Part shown: positions 23,015 to 37,696 of the stretch, piece by piece
Layout of the letters: each line of letters starts with the position of its first letter
Numbering within the stretch: the stretch's first letter is position 1
Assembly: GCF_009914755.1 (NCBI RefSeq)
Contig: NC_060932.1
DNA from: the human T2T-CHM13v2.0 reference genome, Homo sapiens
Strand: one strand, 5' to 3'
DNA: 64,000 bases
Translations under genes and position numbers: made by a program
The notes under the pieces: generated by a model
The model's database searches: none
The model's input: only the letters and a program-made list of their open reading frames with translations
Told to the model about the DNA's origin: nothing

Positions 23015-24048
23015 TGAAGGGGTGGCCTGCCCCTCCACACCTGTGGGTGATTCTAGTCGGGTGGGATGAGAGACGGAGAAAAGAAATAAGACACAGAGAC
23101 AAAGTATAGGGAGACAACAGTGGGTCCAGGGGACCGGCACTCAGCACACCTAGGACCTGCACCGGCACCGGCCTCTGAGTTCCCTCAGTTTTTATTGATT
23201 ATGATTTTCATTATTTCAGCACAAAGGAATGCAGTAGGGGAGCAGGGTGATAATAAGGGTAAGGTCAACAACAACAACAACAAAACAAACACGTGAGCAA
23301 AAGAATCCATATCATTATTAAGTTCAAGGGAAGGTACTATGCCTGGACGTGCACGTAGGCCAGATTTATGTTTCTCTCCACACAAATATCTCAGCGGAGT
23401 AAAGAATAACAAGGCAGCATTACTGCCAACATGTCTCAGCTCCCGCCACAGGGCAGCTTTTCTCCGAGCTCAGAGTTGAACAAATGTACGATCGGGCTTT
23501 ACACCGAGACATTGAGTTCCCAGGGGCAAGCAGGAGACAGTGGCCTTCCTCCATCTGAACTGCAAGAGGCTTTCCTCTTTGACTAATCCACCTCAGCACA
23601 GACCCATTGCGGGTGTCACGCTGGGGGACAGTCAGGTCTTTCCCATCCCACGAGGCCATATTTCAGACTGACACATGGGGAGAAACCTTGGACAATACCC
23701 TGCTTTCAAGGGCAGAGGTCCCTGTGGCTTTCCACGGTGCATTGCACCCGTGGTTTATTGAGACTGGAGAATGGCAATGACTTCTACCAAGTATACTGCT
23801 CGTAAACATTTGGTTAACAAGGCGCGTCCTGCACAGCCCTAGATCCCTTAAACCTCGATTTTATACAGCACAGGTTTTGGTGAGCTCCAAGTTGGGTCAA
23901 AGGAAGGGGCTGCGGCAAAGCTACAAATGATCAACATCTCAGCAAAGCAATGGTTTAAACTACAGGTCTTTTTCAAAATGGAGTCTCTTGTGTCTTCCCC
24001 TTCTAGATAGACACAGTGGCAGTCTGATCTCTCTTTCTTTACCCTACA
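23015..24048 (-). mobile_element. HERV-K(HML-2) solo LTR, LTR5A-like
   Basis: Same termini and TCCAAG TSD; 1034 bp. Confidence 0.92.
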
Positions 24049-25801
24049 TCCAAGGGCTTGAACATATCTTGACTTGTTGGCAATCCAAATCGTTACGTCT
24101 CCGAAACAGAGTTGACTGAGGGGACCGCAGGGCTGGGCAGGACCTTTGACTTCCTATACATCCACAGGAGCAAGAAAACCTCAGCCCCACTCTACCAACA
24201 CGCACCTAGTAAAATTCCGCCAACCGAATCTCACGCACGCTAACACGTGGGGAGCGTTGCTTGCACCACGAGTCTCCATTTGGCTCAACCGCCGATGCCA
24301 AGTGTGTGGTTCCAGTTGCGACGGCCCCCCGTGAAGTGGCTTCCGGATGTGCGAAGGAACCAGGCAGAGTTTCACTGGCCAAATAGACCCCAGCAAAGCT
24401 GAAGTTAACTCCCACATTTGGGATGTACTTCAGAGGTAAAACATTCATCCCGTCTTCTTTCCGGATGTCTGACACCATGGTTCTCCCCCTGATCCTAAGA
24501 GTAGCTGAGGCAGAGACTCACTGAAAGATCTAGGCGGGGATATCCCATCATGCACAGGCTCTCTCCATTCTCTGACCTGGGAACAACTCTCAGCAGGATT
24601 CCACATCTAGGAGGCCTCAGAACTCAGCGGGATTTTCTGAGACACACCAACTGGCTGCTCCCTTTCCGCCGCTGTTGAGGGTCGTTATCTTGATTATCCA
24701 GATCAACTAGAAAGTATCCGTATCCAGAATGAATAAGATCAACTCTCTGCTCCTCTGACAGCAGAAGGAGCAGGACCATAAGGAACCAAAGAGCGTGGAA
24801 GGAAACGATGTGACAGGAAAGCTCAGAGAACGGCCACAGGGGGTCGTCAGCAGGCCTTCCAACCTGAATCATGAATAACTAATGAAGCGCAAATCAAAGG
24901 GGACTCGAGTTTCAGCAGGAGCAATTCATCCAACGGGAGATCGCCGGAGGGCCAACAAGATTGAGAGACTGGGAGCCGGGTGCAGTGTCAAAGGGGACGC
25001 GACTGGTTCCAAAGCTCGAGAAGACCATGGGGTCACTTGGGCTACATGAGAAAACGCCCCAGTGTGCTGGTTCATCATTCCGACTCCTGCCTGTCTCTTC
25101 CCGTCCAAGGAACATGGACCCTAAGTCGTGCAGGTGCGGATGACCATGGGCAGAACTAGGGGCCGTGGCACAAAAGTTCACCGACACGGGAGTTCCACAG
25201 AAGGTGCGGTGGATCTTCGCAAATCCAGAGACATGGCAATGGGACCCAGGGAATTACAGCCTCACAGGCGTCCGGGAGACTTTTCAGGCATAATGCCTGG
25301 AGTCGCAAGACGAGCTGAAAAAGGAGCCAGGCACTGAAGGACAAAGCGTTGTTGACTTTCCTCATCTGTGTTTCCCAGTGCGGTCCAATTCACGGTGGTT
25401 TCCAAGCGCCTCCTGGGGGAGAAAACACATGAGGGTGCGGTCAGGGTTCTCTGCTGACAGACTTACCTTGGGGAAGAAAGAGAAGCTCTGAAGATGGATC
25501 ATGGCCGTGACTGCATGTCAAGGAGAGTCTCCTTGATGACACTGAGGCCTACGTCGAGATAGACAAAATGTGGTCCAATTAAAAGGTGTCTATTTTACCA
25601 CATTTTTTAAAACAAAACAAAACAAAACAAAACAACAAAAAAGATGGAAAAGAAGACAGGGGTACAGGCACCAGTGTTACATGTCTGACGGGGAACATCT
25701 ATTGTTCAAAGCTTGCAGCTGTACAAGTAGGTTTTAGAATGTCTGTCAGCAGTGGACATGATCTTAGAGTGGGCTGTGCAGATAGACCTTTCCAGGTCAT
25801 G

Positions 25802-25891
25802 TAATTGGATTAAGTTAATTGCAATTAAGGTACAGGTAACTGATTAGGTTAGGGTACGTTCCATGTCAGGTGACCAGAGGCAGTATAAAAG
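25802..25891 (+). promoter_or_regulatory. Putative FAM90A promoter, copy 4
   Basis: DUX4 motif 25841-25851, TATAAAAG from 25884. Confidence 0.7.
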
Positions 25892-27042
25892 GCAGCCTGG
25901 AAAGCAGAGGTCCCTCTCTGCCCCTTCCTCCGTCGTCCTGGATGCTGCATCGCTTCCAGCCGGGCTGCTGCAGCACCTGCCCATCTCAGCGCCAGCCTGG
26001 GAAAGAAAGTAGACGTGTAATTTCAGGTTAGTTTCGCTGAACAATTGATTGTTTCACGCAATCCCTGAGGGGGTTTTGCGGGGGGTGTGGGGGAGAAAGA
26101 GACAAAGGAGGCCGAAAGAAACCGATCACACTGGGGCTTGCTGGTGGGGTAGGATGTGTTCTCGTTACTAGTAATTCTTGGAACAGAAAACGAGAAAACA
26201 TATCCGTCTCCACGTGTGGGAGAAGACCAAGATGGGAATGGGAAAAGAAATGTACTGCAGCATGCTGAATTGGTGGGTAAATGGAAAAAGGACTTTGGAA
26301 AAAAGGGGGGTTTGCCCTTCAGCCGTGTAAGACGTCGATACGATACGGCACTTCTTCCCCGTTTGTTCAGATGAATTCGTGTGGTGTGCGTAAAATACCA
26401 GGAAAATAAATAAAGAGGGGCTGGAGCTAAAGCCAAAAGATAGAACAGGAAAGATCATCACCTGCTAGTGCGGTAGAGAGGAAGGTAACTTCTCTGTATG
26501 AATTTGTGTTTGGAAGTTACCTAATGAAATGGCAAGAGTAGCGATTCAAGTTGTCACAGGAAGCATCCCTTATCCGTGACGTCAAGCAGACCTGCCAAAG
26601 GGTGGCACACGCCATGCCCTGTGTCTTCGATCATTCTGTCCGTCAAGGGAGATAGAATCACCGTGTCTTCTACCGGAGTGAATCGTGAGAGACCTAAGTC
26701 CAGTCTCCAGAATCAGTTGTTTGTTTGGGGTTGAAATCTCAACCCCCCATACCTAGGCCACGGGCCCTGTGGCAGGTGGGATTTACTCTTGGACTAGGTA
26801 GTCATGGCAGAGGAACACACAATATCCGAGGATGCGCACAGCACATTGTGTTCTACAGATTTGACCGACTGGTGGTGAGGTCTCCTCATGACCACACAGG
26901 CAGGGAGTTAGCAGGTGGCTTCCTGTGGGTGTGTGAATATCCAACGTGCTTAACCATCGACATGTGTGTGTTTGTGTGTGTTTCAGGTGGCTCAAGAGTC
27001 CACCCCTGAAAAAGGCGGTCATAAAACCCCCAGGAGACGAAG

Positions 27043-30000
27043 ATGATGGCACGTCGGGACCCCAAATCTTGGGCCAAGAGACTGGTGAGAGCCCAGACCC
27101 TCCAGAAGCAGCGGAGGGCCCCAGTTGGGCCAAGGGCTCCCCCGCCCGATGAAGAAGATCCCAGGGTAAGTCTAGCCCTGGATCTCTTGGGTATCGGGGT
27201 GGGGGTGGGGACGGGGGGAGGGGGTGTCCCACGGTCCTCAGAGACTGGGTTGGATTCCAAAGAGTTCTGTCACCACCAGCCAGGTTGCTTTTCCCATCCA
27301 AGGTGGGCGTGGCTTGGGACCTTCTCCCCGGCCCGATAGGTCCCTTGAGAGACTCTTGGGGGCAACCTCCCTTTCTACTTCGAGTCCTGTATAGCCACGT
27401 TTGGCTGCGTTGTTGACATCGGCTTCACCATCGTGCCCCTTGGAACCTTGAGTCCTTCCTTTCAGAGTTCCTCCGTCCCGTGGGCTTTGCGAGGGAACAT
27501 CGTATCCGAACTCTCCCGGCACTTAACGGCCCCCATGCCGGTGTCCCCTCTTTGGAATCCTTATTCAGCTCTGAATTCACAATCCGTCCCAATGTTGACG
27601 TGGGATCGCTGCCTGTGGCTTCAGCTCACTCACTGACATCACTTCCTTTCCACCCACAGCTCAAGTGCAAAAACTGCGGGGCCTTTGGCCACACGGCCAG
27701 AAGTACCAGGTGCCCCATGAAGTGCTGGAAGGCAGCCCTGGTTCCAGCGACCTTGGGGAAAAAGGAAGGGAAGGAAAACCTGAAACCATGGAAGCCCCGG
27801 GGTGAAGCCAACCCGGGGCCCTTGAACAAGGATAAGGGAGAGAAGGAAGAGAGACCAAGGTGAGCAGTGGGAGGGGTTTTCACCACTCTTAGGGTACTGC
27901 CTCCTAAGGACATGGTGTCTCTGCACCTGCACACCGTGTGCCTTTCCGTCTCCGGGCCAGGGAAGGAACGCTGCAGAGAAATAGGCTGGAGCTCCGTGTC
28001 CTCCGGGGTTCCACACCCAGGAGCTCCTTGGGCTCTGGGAGATTCAGGGACGGGGAGAGGCGGGGGCGCTTCGTGCAGGTTCCCCACGACAGCGGGAAAA
28101 GCGATGGAATCCAAATCACAGTCCTTAGTTGGGAAGCCTAGAGGGCCACCTGGAGGATGGGAAGGTTGGCACGTGAGGGAAGGTGCAGAGGCGGAAAGGG
28201 CACCAGATGTCCATTTCTGTATCACAAAACACGGAATGGGGCTGGGCCCCAGACGGGGTTCTCCCTGTCTCCTGGGGAAAACCAGGGGGCACGGCCTGAC
28301 CTTCTTCTGTTCTGCAGGCAACAAGACCCGCAGAGGAAGGCTCTCCTCCACATGTTTTCCGGGAAACCTCCAGAGAAGCCGCTGCCGAATGGAAAAGGAT
28401 CCACGGAATCTTCTGATTATCTGAGGGCGAGTGTCACCCCGGGCCCCTGGTCTTTTTCTCCTCTAGGTCACCCTGGTTGATTTCCTTTCAGCTTCCCGTC
28501 TGCGGGAGGAAATCGGGGAACCCCTCTTTCTTGCCTTCTTGGGGTCAGGGACTCCACGATCCTTCCAGGTCAATTGGATTCCAGGTGAAGGCATCTGAAC
28601 ATGCCGTATTTCCTGTTGCTTTCTTTCTGTCCAATTATGGCAAGCCTGCCAACAACACGTTCCTAGCGGCATGAGGAAATTAGTCCCTCAGAGGCCCCAA
28701 ACGTGGAGAAGGCGAAACCCAGAAACATGCATGTGTTCAGAGAAGACGTCCCGAGTACCCTTGAGCCAGCAACCTGCCTTAGGAAGGGCATTAGTCCGTT
28801 CCACTTCATGGAAGGCTGAGTGGAGGCGCTTTGATCCAGTTAATGCCCAAGACGCGATCTTTTGAACAATGGTGTGCTTAGATCAGCTACACATAGCTCG
28901 AGAGCGCATCTTTCATGTGTCTTGTCCTGATCAGCACTCAGGTGGAGGGTCTGTCCCTACTTCCAAGGACCGCCTGTCGATACTGTACTAAGAATTTCAT
29001 GGCGTGTGCACCTTGTCTTTGGATGTGCTTGATTTTCACGTTGGCTCCATGCTGAGGAACTTCTAACCTGTGTTGTTTCCTCTCTTTCAGGTTGCAAGCG
29101 GGCCAATGCCGGTCCACACAACCAGTAAGAGGCCGCGCTTGGACCCTATCCTCGCTGATCGCTCAGCTACCGCAATGTCTGGCAGGGGCTCCGTCTTGGC
29201 TTCACTGTCTCCCCTCAGAAAAGCCAGCCTGAGCTCCTCCTCAAGTCTTGGACCAAAGGAAAGACAGACAGGGGCTGCGGCCGACATGCCTCAGCCTGCA
29301 GTCAGGCACCAGGGCCGCGAGCCTCTCCTCGTGGTGAAGCCGACACACAGCCGCCCCGAGGGTGGCTGCCGAGAAGTTCCCCAGGCTGCCTCCAAAACCC
29401 ACGGACTGCCCCAGGCCGCCAGACCCCAGGCACAAGACAAACGTCCTGCGGTGACCTCACTGCCCTGCCCGCCAGCCGCCACACACAGCTTGGGCCTAGG
29501 CTCCAATCTCAGCTTCGGGCCAGGAGCCAAGAGACCTGCCCAGGCTCCGATTCAGGCTTGCCTGAACTTCCCCAAGAAACCGAGACTGGGTCCCTTCCAG
29601 ATCCCCGAAAGCGCCATCCAGGGAGGTGAGCTGGGGGCCCCGGAGAATCTCCAACCTCCGCCAGCCGCAACCGAACTTGGACCAAGTACGTCGCCCCAGA
29701 TGGGCAGGAGGACACCGGCCCAGGTGCCCAGCGTCGACCGGCAGCCTCCGCACAGCACACCTTGCCTGCCTACTGCCCAGGCCTGCACCATGTCCCATCA
29801 CTCAGCGGCCAGCCATGATGGGGCCCAGCCTCTCAGAGTGCTCTTCCGGAGACTGGAAAACGGACGCTGGAGCTCCAGCCTCCTGGCGGCCCCCTCATTT
29901 CACTCTCCTGAGAAGCCGGGAGCCTTCCTCGCTCAGAGTCCTCATGTGTCAGAGAAGTCTGAGGCTCCCTGTGTTCGTGTCCCACCGAGCGTCCTCTATG

Positions 30001-30053
30001 AGGACCTTCAGGTTTCCTCCTCCTCAGAGGACAGCGATTCTGACCTGGAGTGA
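27043..30053 (+). CDS. FAM90A: FAM90A family protein, copy 4, 464 aa; exons 27043-27165, 27660-27859, 28318-28426, 29091-30053
   Basis: Same exon structure; protein identical to copy 1. Confidence 0.95.
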
Positions 30054-30667
30054 GACTGCAGGTGGCAGGGGCTCCTTGGCCTCCAGCTCCCGTGACTTGG
30101 AGGGGACTGTGGGACTGAGGAGCGCAGAGCAGAGAGCACACTCTGTGCGGTGACTCCGAAGCTCCCCGGCTGTGGCGCTTCTGTGGATGTGGGAGCCCAG
30201 GCCAGGCAGGGAGCAGATGCAGGGACTCTGCCTCATTGAATTCTGGTGAGGGACGTTGTAGTTGGCGTGGTTCTCCGGAAACGCGCCAGGAAAAGCTTCC
30301 GTGCCAGAGATTCGTTGCCTCAGAAACTGCGTGACGCGCAGGAGTCAGACTTCCGCTGGGACGTCAATAGGAAACTGGGGAATTACTGTGTATTTGCTGT
30401 CTAGATGACTGAATAAGGGAAAAGTTAGGGAACCCTGAGAGGTGCAGCCCTTCCGCTGTGCCCCGCCCTGAGAGCAGTGTTTCGGACGCTGGGAAGCGTG
30501 CTGTGCGAAGCGCTCTCGGGGTCTTTCCTCAGCCTCGAAAACTGGGCTCTGGAATGCCTTTGTACATATGTGTGTTTAATGGGTTTTGAAGTGAATAAAA
30601 TTCTCAAAAAGATGACATATTGTCTTTTGACTCTCATTCCGTGTTTGTGTGTAACTGATATTCCAAG

Positions 30668-31701
30668 TGAAGGGGTGGCCTGCCCCTCCACACCTGTGGG
30701 TGATTCTAGTCGGGTGGGATGAGAGACGGAGAAAAGAAATAAGACACAGAGACAAAGTATAGGGAGACAACAGTGGGTCCATGGGACCGGCACTCAGCAC
30801 ACCTAGGACCTGCACCGGCACCGGCCTCTGAGTTCCCTCAGTTTTTATTGATTATGATTTTCATTATTTCAGCACAAAGGAATGCAGTAGGGGAGCAGGG
30901 TGATAATAAGGGTAAGGTCAACAACAACAACAACAAAACAAACACGTGAGCAAAAGAATCCATATCATTATTAAGTTCAAGGGAAGGTACTATGCCTGGA
31001 CGTGCACGTAGGCCAGATTTATGTTTCTCTCCACACAAATATCTCAGCGGAGTAAAGAATAACAAGGCAGCATTACTGCCAACATGTCTCGCCTCCCGCC
31101 ACAGGGCAGCTTTTCTCCGAGCTCAGAGTTGAACAAATGAACGATCGGGCTTTACACCGAGACATTGAGTTCCCAGGGGCAAGCAGGAGACAGTGGCCTT
31201 CCTCCATCTGAACTGCAAGAGGCTTTCCTCTTTGACTAATCCACCTCAGCACAGACCCATTGCGGGTGTCAGGCTGGGGGACAGTCAGGTCTTTCCCATC
31301 CCACGAGGCCACATTTCAGACTGACACATGGGGAGAAACCTTGGACAATACCCTGCTTTCAAGGGCAGAGGTCCCTGTGGCTTTCCACGGTGCATTGCAC
31401 CCGTGGTTTATTGAGACTGGAGAATGGCAATGACTTCTACCAAGTATACTGCTCGTAAACATTTGGTTAACAAGGCGCGTCCTGCACAGCCCTAGATCCC
31501 TTAAACCTCGATTTTATACAACACAGGTTTTGGTGAGCTCCAAGTTGGGTCAAAGGAAGGGGCTGCGGCAAAGCTACAAATGATCAACATCTCAGCAAAG
31601 CAATGGTTTAAACTACAGGTCTTTTTCAAAATGGAGTCTCTTGTGTCTTCCCCTTCTACATAGACACAGTGGCAGTCTGATCTCTCTTTCTTTACCCTAC
31701 A
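30668..31701 (-). mobile_element. HERV-K(HML-2) solo LTR, LTR5A-like
   Basis: Same termini and TCCAAG TSD; 1034 bp. Confidence 0.92.
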
Positions 31702-33444
31702 TCCAAGGGCTTGAACATATCTTGACTTGTTGGCAATCCAAATCGTTACGTCTCCGAAACAGAGTTGACTGAGGGGACCGCAGGGCTGGGCAGGACCTTT
31801 GACTTCCTATACATCCACAGGAGCAAGAAAACCTCAGCCCCACTCTACCAACACGCACCTAGTAAAATTCCGCCAACCGAATCTCACGCACGCTAACACG
31901 TGGGGAGCGTTGCTTGCACCACGAGTCTCCATTTGGCTCAACCGCCGATGCCAAGTGTGTGGTTCCAGTTGCGACGGCCCCCCGTGAAGTGGCTTCCGGA
32001 TGTGCGAAGGAACCAGGCAGAGTTTCACTGGCCAAATAGACCCCAGCAAAGCTGAAGTTAACTCCCACATTTGGGATGTACTTCAGAGGTAAAACATTCA
32101 TCCCGTCTTCTTTCCGGATGTCTGACACCATGGTTCTCCCCCTGATCCTAAGAGTAGCTGAGGCAGAGACTCACTGAAAGATCTAGGCGGGGATATCCCA
32201 TCATGCACAGGCTCTCTCCATTCTCTGACCTGGGAACAACTCTCAGCAGGATTCCACATCTAGGAGGCCTCAGAACTCAGCGGGATTTTCGGAGACACAC
32301 CAACTGGCTGCTCCCTTTCCGCCGCTGTTGAGGGTCGTTATCTTGATTATCCAGATCAACTAGAAAGTATCCGTATCCAGAATGAATAAGATCAACTCTC
32401 TGCTCCTCTGACAGCAGAAGGAGCAGGACCATAAGGAACCAAAGAGCGTGGAAGGAAACGATGTGACAGGAAAGCTCAGAGAACGGCCACAGGGGGTCGT
32501 CAGCAGGCCTTCCAACCTGAATCATGAATAACTAATGAAGCGCAAATCAAAGGGGACTCGAGTTTCAGCAGGAGCAATTCATCCAACGGGAGATCGCCGG
32601 AGGGCCAACAAGATTGAGAGACTGGGAGCCGGGTGTAGTGTCAAAGGGGACGCGACTGGTTCCAAAGCTCGAGAAGACCATGGGGTCACTTGGGCTACAT
32701 GAGAAAACGCCCCAGTGTGCTGGTTCATCATTCCGACTCCTGCCTGTCTCTTCTCGTCCAAGGAACGTGGACCCTAAGTCGTGCAGGTGCGGATGACCAT
32801 GGGCAGAACTAGGGGCCGTGGCACAAAAGTTCACCGACACGGGAGTTCCACAGAAGGTGCGGTGGATCTTTGCAAATCCAGAGACATGGCAATGGGACCC
32901 AGGGAATTACAGCCTCACAGGCGTCCGGGAGACTTTTCAGGCATAATGCCTGGAGTCGCAAGACGAGCTGAAAAAGGAGCCAGGCACTGAAGGACAAAGC
33001 GTTGTTGACTTTCCTCATCTGTGTTTCCCAGTGCGGTCCAATTCACGGTGGTTTCCAAGCGCCTCCTGGGGGAGAAAACACATGAGGGTGCGGTCAGGGT
33101 TCTCTGCTGACAGACTTACCTTGGGGAAGAAAGAGAAGCTCTGAAGATGGATCATGGCCGTGACTGCATGTCAAGCAGAGTCTCCTTGATGATACTGAGG
33201 CCTACGTCGAGATAGACAAAATGTGGTCCAATTAAAAGGTGTCTATTTTACCACATTTTTTAAAACAAAACAAAACAACAAAAAAGATGGAAAAGAAGAC
33301 AGGGGTACAGGCACCAGTGTTACATGTCTGACGGGGAACATCTATTGTTCAAAGCTTGCAGCTGTACAAGTAGGTTTTAGAATGTCTGTCAGCAGTGGAC
33401 ATGATCTTAGAGTGGGCTGTGCAGATAGACCTTTCCAGGTCATG

Positions 33445-33534
33445 TAATTGGATTAAGTTAATTGCAATTAAGGTACAGGTAACTGATTAGGTTAGGGTAC
33501 GTTCCATGTCAGGTGACCAGAGGCAGTATGAAAG
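33445..33534 (+). promoter_or_regulatory. Putative FAM90A promoter, copy 5, with mutated TATA box
   Basis: DUX4 motif 33484-33494 intact; TATGAAAG at 33527-33534 instead of TATAAAAG. Confidence 0.6.
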
Positions 33535-34685
33535 GCAGCCTGGAAAGCAGAGGTCCCTCTCCGCCCCTTCCTCCGTTGTCCTGGATGTTGCATCGCTTCC
33601 AGCGGGGCTGCTGCAGCACCTGCCCATCTCAGCGCCAGCCTGGGAAAGAAAGTAGACGTGTAATTTCAGGTTAGTTTCGCTGAACAATTGTTTGTTTCAC
33701 GCAATCCCTGAGGGGTTTTTGCGGGGGGTGTGGGGGAGGAAGAGACAAAGGAGGCCGAAAGAAACCGATCACACTGGGGCTTGCTGGTGGGGTAGGATGT
33801 GTTCTCGTTACTAGTAATTCTTGGAACAGAAAACGAGAAAACATATCCGTCTCCACGTGTGGGAGAAGACCAAGATGGGAATGCGAAAAGAAATGTACTG
33901 CAGCATTCTGAATTGGTGGGTAAACGGAAAAAGGACTTTGGAAAAAAGGGGGGTTTGCCCTTCAGCCGTGTAAGACGTCGATACGATACGGCACTTCTTC
34001 CCCGTTTGTTCAGATGAATTCGTGTGGTATGCGTAAAATACCAGGAAAATAAACAAAGAGGTGCTGGAGCTAAAGCCAAAAGATAGAACAGGAAAGACCA
34101 TCACCTGCTAGTGCGGTAGAGAGGAAGGTAACTTCTCTGTATGAATTTGTGTTTGGAAGTTGCCTAATGAAATGGCAAGAGTAGCGATTCAAGTTGTCAC
34201 AGGAAGCATCCCTTATCCGTGACTTCAAGCAGACCTGCCAAAGGGTGGCACACGCCATGCCCTGTGTCTTCGATCATTCTGTCCGTCAAGGGAGATAGAA
34301 TCACCGTGTCTTCTACCGGAGTGAATCGTGAGAGACCTAAGTCCAGTCTCCAGAATCAGTTGTTTGTTTGGGGTTGAAAGCTCAACCCCCCATACCTAGG
34401 CCACGGGCCCTGTGGCAGGTGGGGTTTACTCTTGGACTAGGTAGTCATGGCAGAGGAACACACAATATCCGAGGATGCGCACAGCACATTGTGTTCTACA
34501 GATTTGACCGACTGGTGGTGAGGTCTCCTCATGACCACACAGGCAGGGAGTTAGCAGGTGGCTTCCTGTGGGTGTGTGAATATCCAACGTGCTTAACCAT
34601 CGACATGTGTGTGTTTGTGTGTGTTTCAGGTGGCCCAAGAGTCCACCCCTGAAAAAGGCGGTCATAAAACCCCCAGGAGACGAAG

Positions 34686-37600
34686 ATGATGGCACGTCGG
34701 GACCCCAAATCTTGGGCCAAGAGACTGGTGAGAGCCCAGACCCTCCAGAAGCAGCGGAGGGCCCCAGTTGGGCCAAGGGCTCCCCCGCCCGATGAAGAAG
34801 ATCCCAGGGTAAGTCTAGCCCTGGATCTCTTGGGTATCGGGGTGGGGGTGGGGACGGGGGGAGGGGGTGTCCCACGGTCCTCAGAGACTGGGTTGGATTC
34901 CAAAGAGTTCTGTCACCACCAGCCAGGTTGCTTTTCCCATCCAAGGTGGGCGTGGCTTGGGACCTTCTCCCCGGCCCGATAGGTCCCTTGAGAGACTCTT
35001 GGGGGCAACCTCCCTTTCTACTTAGAGTCCTGTATAGCCACGTTTGGCTGCGTTGTTGACATCGGCTTCACCATCGTGCCCCTTGGAACCTTGAGTCCTT
35101 CCTTTCAGAGTTCCTCCGTCCCGTGGGCTTTGCGAGGGAACATCGTATCCGAACTCTCCCGGCACTTAACGGCCCCCATGCCGGTGTCCCCTCTTTGGAA
35201 TCCTTATTCAGCTCTGAATTCACAATCCGTCCCAATGTTGACGTGGGATCGCTGCCTGTGGCTTCAGCTCACTCACTGACATCACTTCCTTTCCACCCAC
35301 AGCTCAAGTGCAAAAACTGCGGGGCCTTTGGCCACACGGCCAGAAGTACCAGGTGCCCCATGAAGTGCTGGAAGGCAGCCCTGGTTCCAGCGACCTTGGG
35401 GAAAAAGGAAGGGAAGGAAAACCTGAAACCATGGAAGCCCCGGGGTGAAGCCAACCCGGGGCCCTTGAACAAGGATAAGGGAGAGAAGGAAGAGAGACCA
35501 AGGTGAGCAGTGGGAGGGGTTTTCACCACTCTTAGGGTACTGCCTCCTAAGGACATGGTGTCTCTGCACCTGCACACCGTGTGCCTTTCCGTCTCCGGGC
35601 CAGGGAAGGAACGCTGCAGAGAAATAGGCCGGAGCTCCGTGTCCTCCGGGGTTCCACACCCAGGAGCTCCTTGGGCTCTGGGAGATTCAGGGACGGGGAG
35701 AGGCGGGGGCGCTTCGTGCAGGTTCCCCACGACAGCGGGAAAAGCGATGGAATCCAAATCACAGTCCTTAGTTGGGAAGCCTAGAGGGCCACCTGGAGGA
35801 TGGGAAGGTTGGCACGTGAGGGAAGGTGCAGAGGCGGAAAGGGCACCAGATGTCCATTTCTGTATCACAAAACACGGAATGGGGCTGGGCCCCAGACGGG
35901 GTTCTCCCTGTCTCCTGGGGAAAACCAGGGGGCACGGCCTGACCTTCTTCTGTTCTGCAGGCAACAAGACCCGCAGAGGAAGGCTCTCCTCCACATGTTT
36001 TCCGGGAAACCTCCAGAGAAGCCGCTGCCGAATGGAAAAGGATCCACGGAATCTTCTGATTATCTGAGGGCGAGTGTCACCCCGGGCCCCTGGTCTTTTT
36101 CTCCTCTAGGTCACCCTGGTTGATTTCCTTTCAGCTTCCCGTCTGCGGGAGGAAATCGGGGAACCCCTCTTTCTTGCCTTCTTGGGGTCAGGGACTCCAC
36201 GATCCTTCCAGGTCAATTGGATTCCAGGCGAAGGCATCTGAACATGCCGTATTTCCTGTTGCTTTCTTTCTGTCCAATTATGGCAAGCCTGCCAACAACA
36301 CGTTCCTAGCGGCATGAGGAAATTAGTCCCTCAGAGGCCCCAAACGTGGAGAAGGCGAAACCCAGAAACATGCATGTGTTCAGAGAAGACGTCCCGAGTA
36401 CCCTTGAGCCAGCAACCTGCCTTGGGAAGGGCATTAGTCCGTTCCACTTCATGGAAGGCTGAGTGGAGGCGCTTTGATCCAGTTAATGCCCAAGACGCGA
36501 TCTTTTGAACAATGGTGTGCTTAGATCAGCTACACATAGCTCGAGAGCGCATCTTTCATGTGTCTTGTCCTGATCAGCACTCAGGTGGAGGGTCTGTCCC
36601 TACTTCCAAGGACCGCCTGTCGATACTGTACTAAGAATTTCATGGCGTGTGCACCTTGTCTTTGGATGTGCTTGATTTTCACGTTGGCTCCATGCTGAGG
36701 AACTTCTAACCTGTGTTGTTTCCTCTCTTTCAGGTTGCAAGCGGGCCAATGCCGGTCCACACAACCAGTAAGAGGCCGCGCTTGGACCCTATCCTCGCTG
36801 ATCGCTCAGCTACCGCAATGTCTGGCAGGGGCTCCGTCTTGGCTTCACTGTCTCCCCTCAGAAAAGCCAGCCTGAGCTCCTCCTCAAGTCTTGGACCAAA
36901 GGAAAGACAGACAGGGGCTGCGGCCGACATGCCTCAGCCTGCAGTCAGGCACCAGGGCCGCGAGCCTCTCCTCGTGGTGAAGCCGACACACAGCCGCCCC
37001 GAGGGTGGCTGCCGAGAAGTTCCCCAGGCTGCCTCCAAAACCCACGGACTGCCCCAGGCCGCCAGACCCCAGGCACAAGACAAACGTCCTGCGGTGACCT
37101 CACTGCCCTGCCCGCCAGCCGCCACACACAGCTTGGGCCTAGGCTCCAATCTCAGCTTCGGGCCAGGAGCCAAGAGACCTGCCCAGGCTCCGATTCAGGC
37201 TTGCCTGAACTTCCCCAAGAAACCGAGACTGGGTCCCTTCCAGATCCCCGAAAGCGCCATCCAGGGAGGTGAGCTGGGGGCCCCGGAGAATCTCCAACCT
37301 CCGCCAGCCGCAACCGAACTTGGACCAAGTACGTCGCCCCAGATGGGCAGGAGGACACCGGCCCAGGTGCCCAGCGTCGACCGGCAGCCTCCGCACAGCA
37401 CACCTTGCCTGCCTACTGCCCAGGCCTGCACCATGTCCCATCACTCAGCGGCCAGCCATGATGGGGCCCAGCCTCTCAGAGTGCTCTTCCGGAGACTGGA
37501 AAACGGACGCTGGAGCTCCAGCCTCCTGGCGGCCCCCTCATTTCACTCTCCTGAGAAGCCGGGAGCCTTCCTCGCTCAGAGCCCTCATGTGTCAGAGAAG

Positions 37601-37696
37601 TCTGAGGCTCCCTGTGTTCGTGTCCCACCGAGCGTCCTCTATGAGGACCTTCAGGTTTCCTCCTCCTCAGAGGACAGCGATTCTGACCTGGAGTGA
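34686..37696 (+). CDS. FAM90A: FAM90A family protein, copy 5, 464 aa; exons 34686-34808, 35303-35502, 35961-36069, 36734-37696
   Basis: Same exon structure; protein identical to copy 1. Confidence 0.95.
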
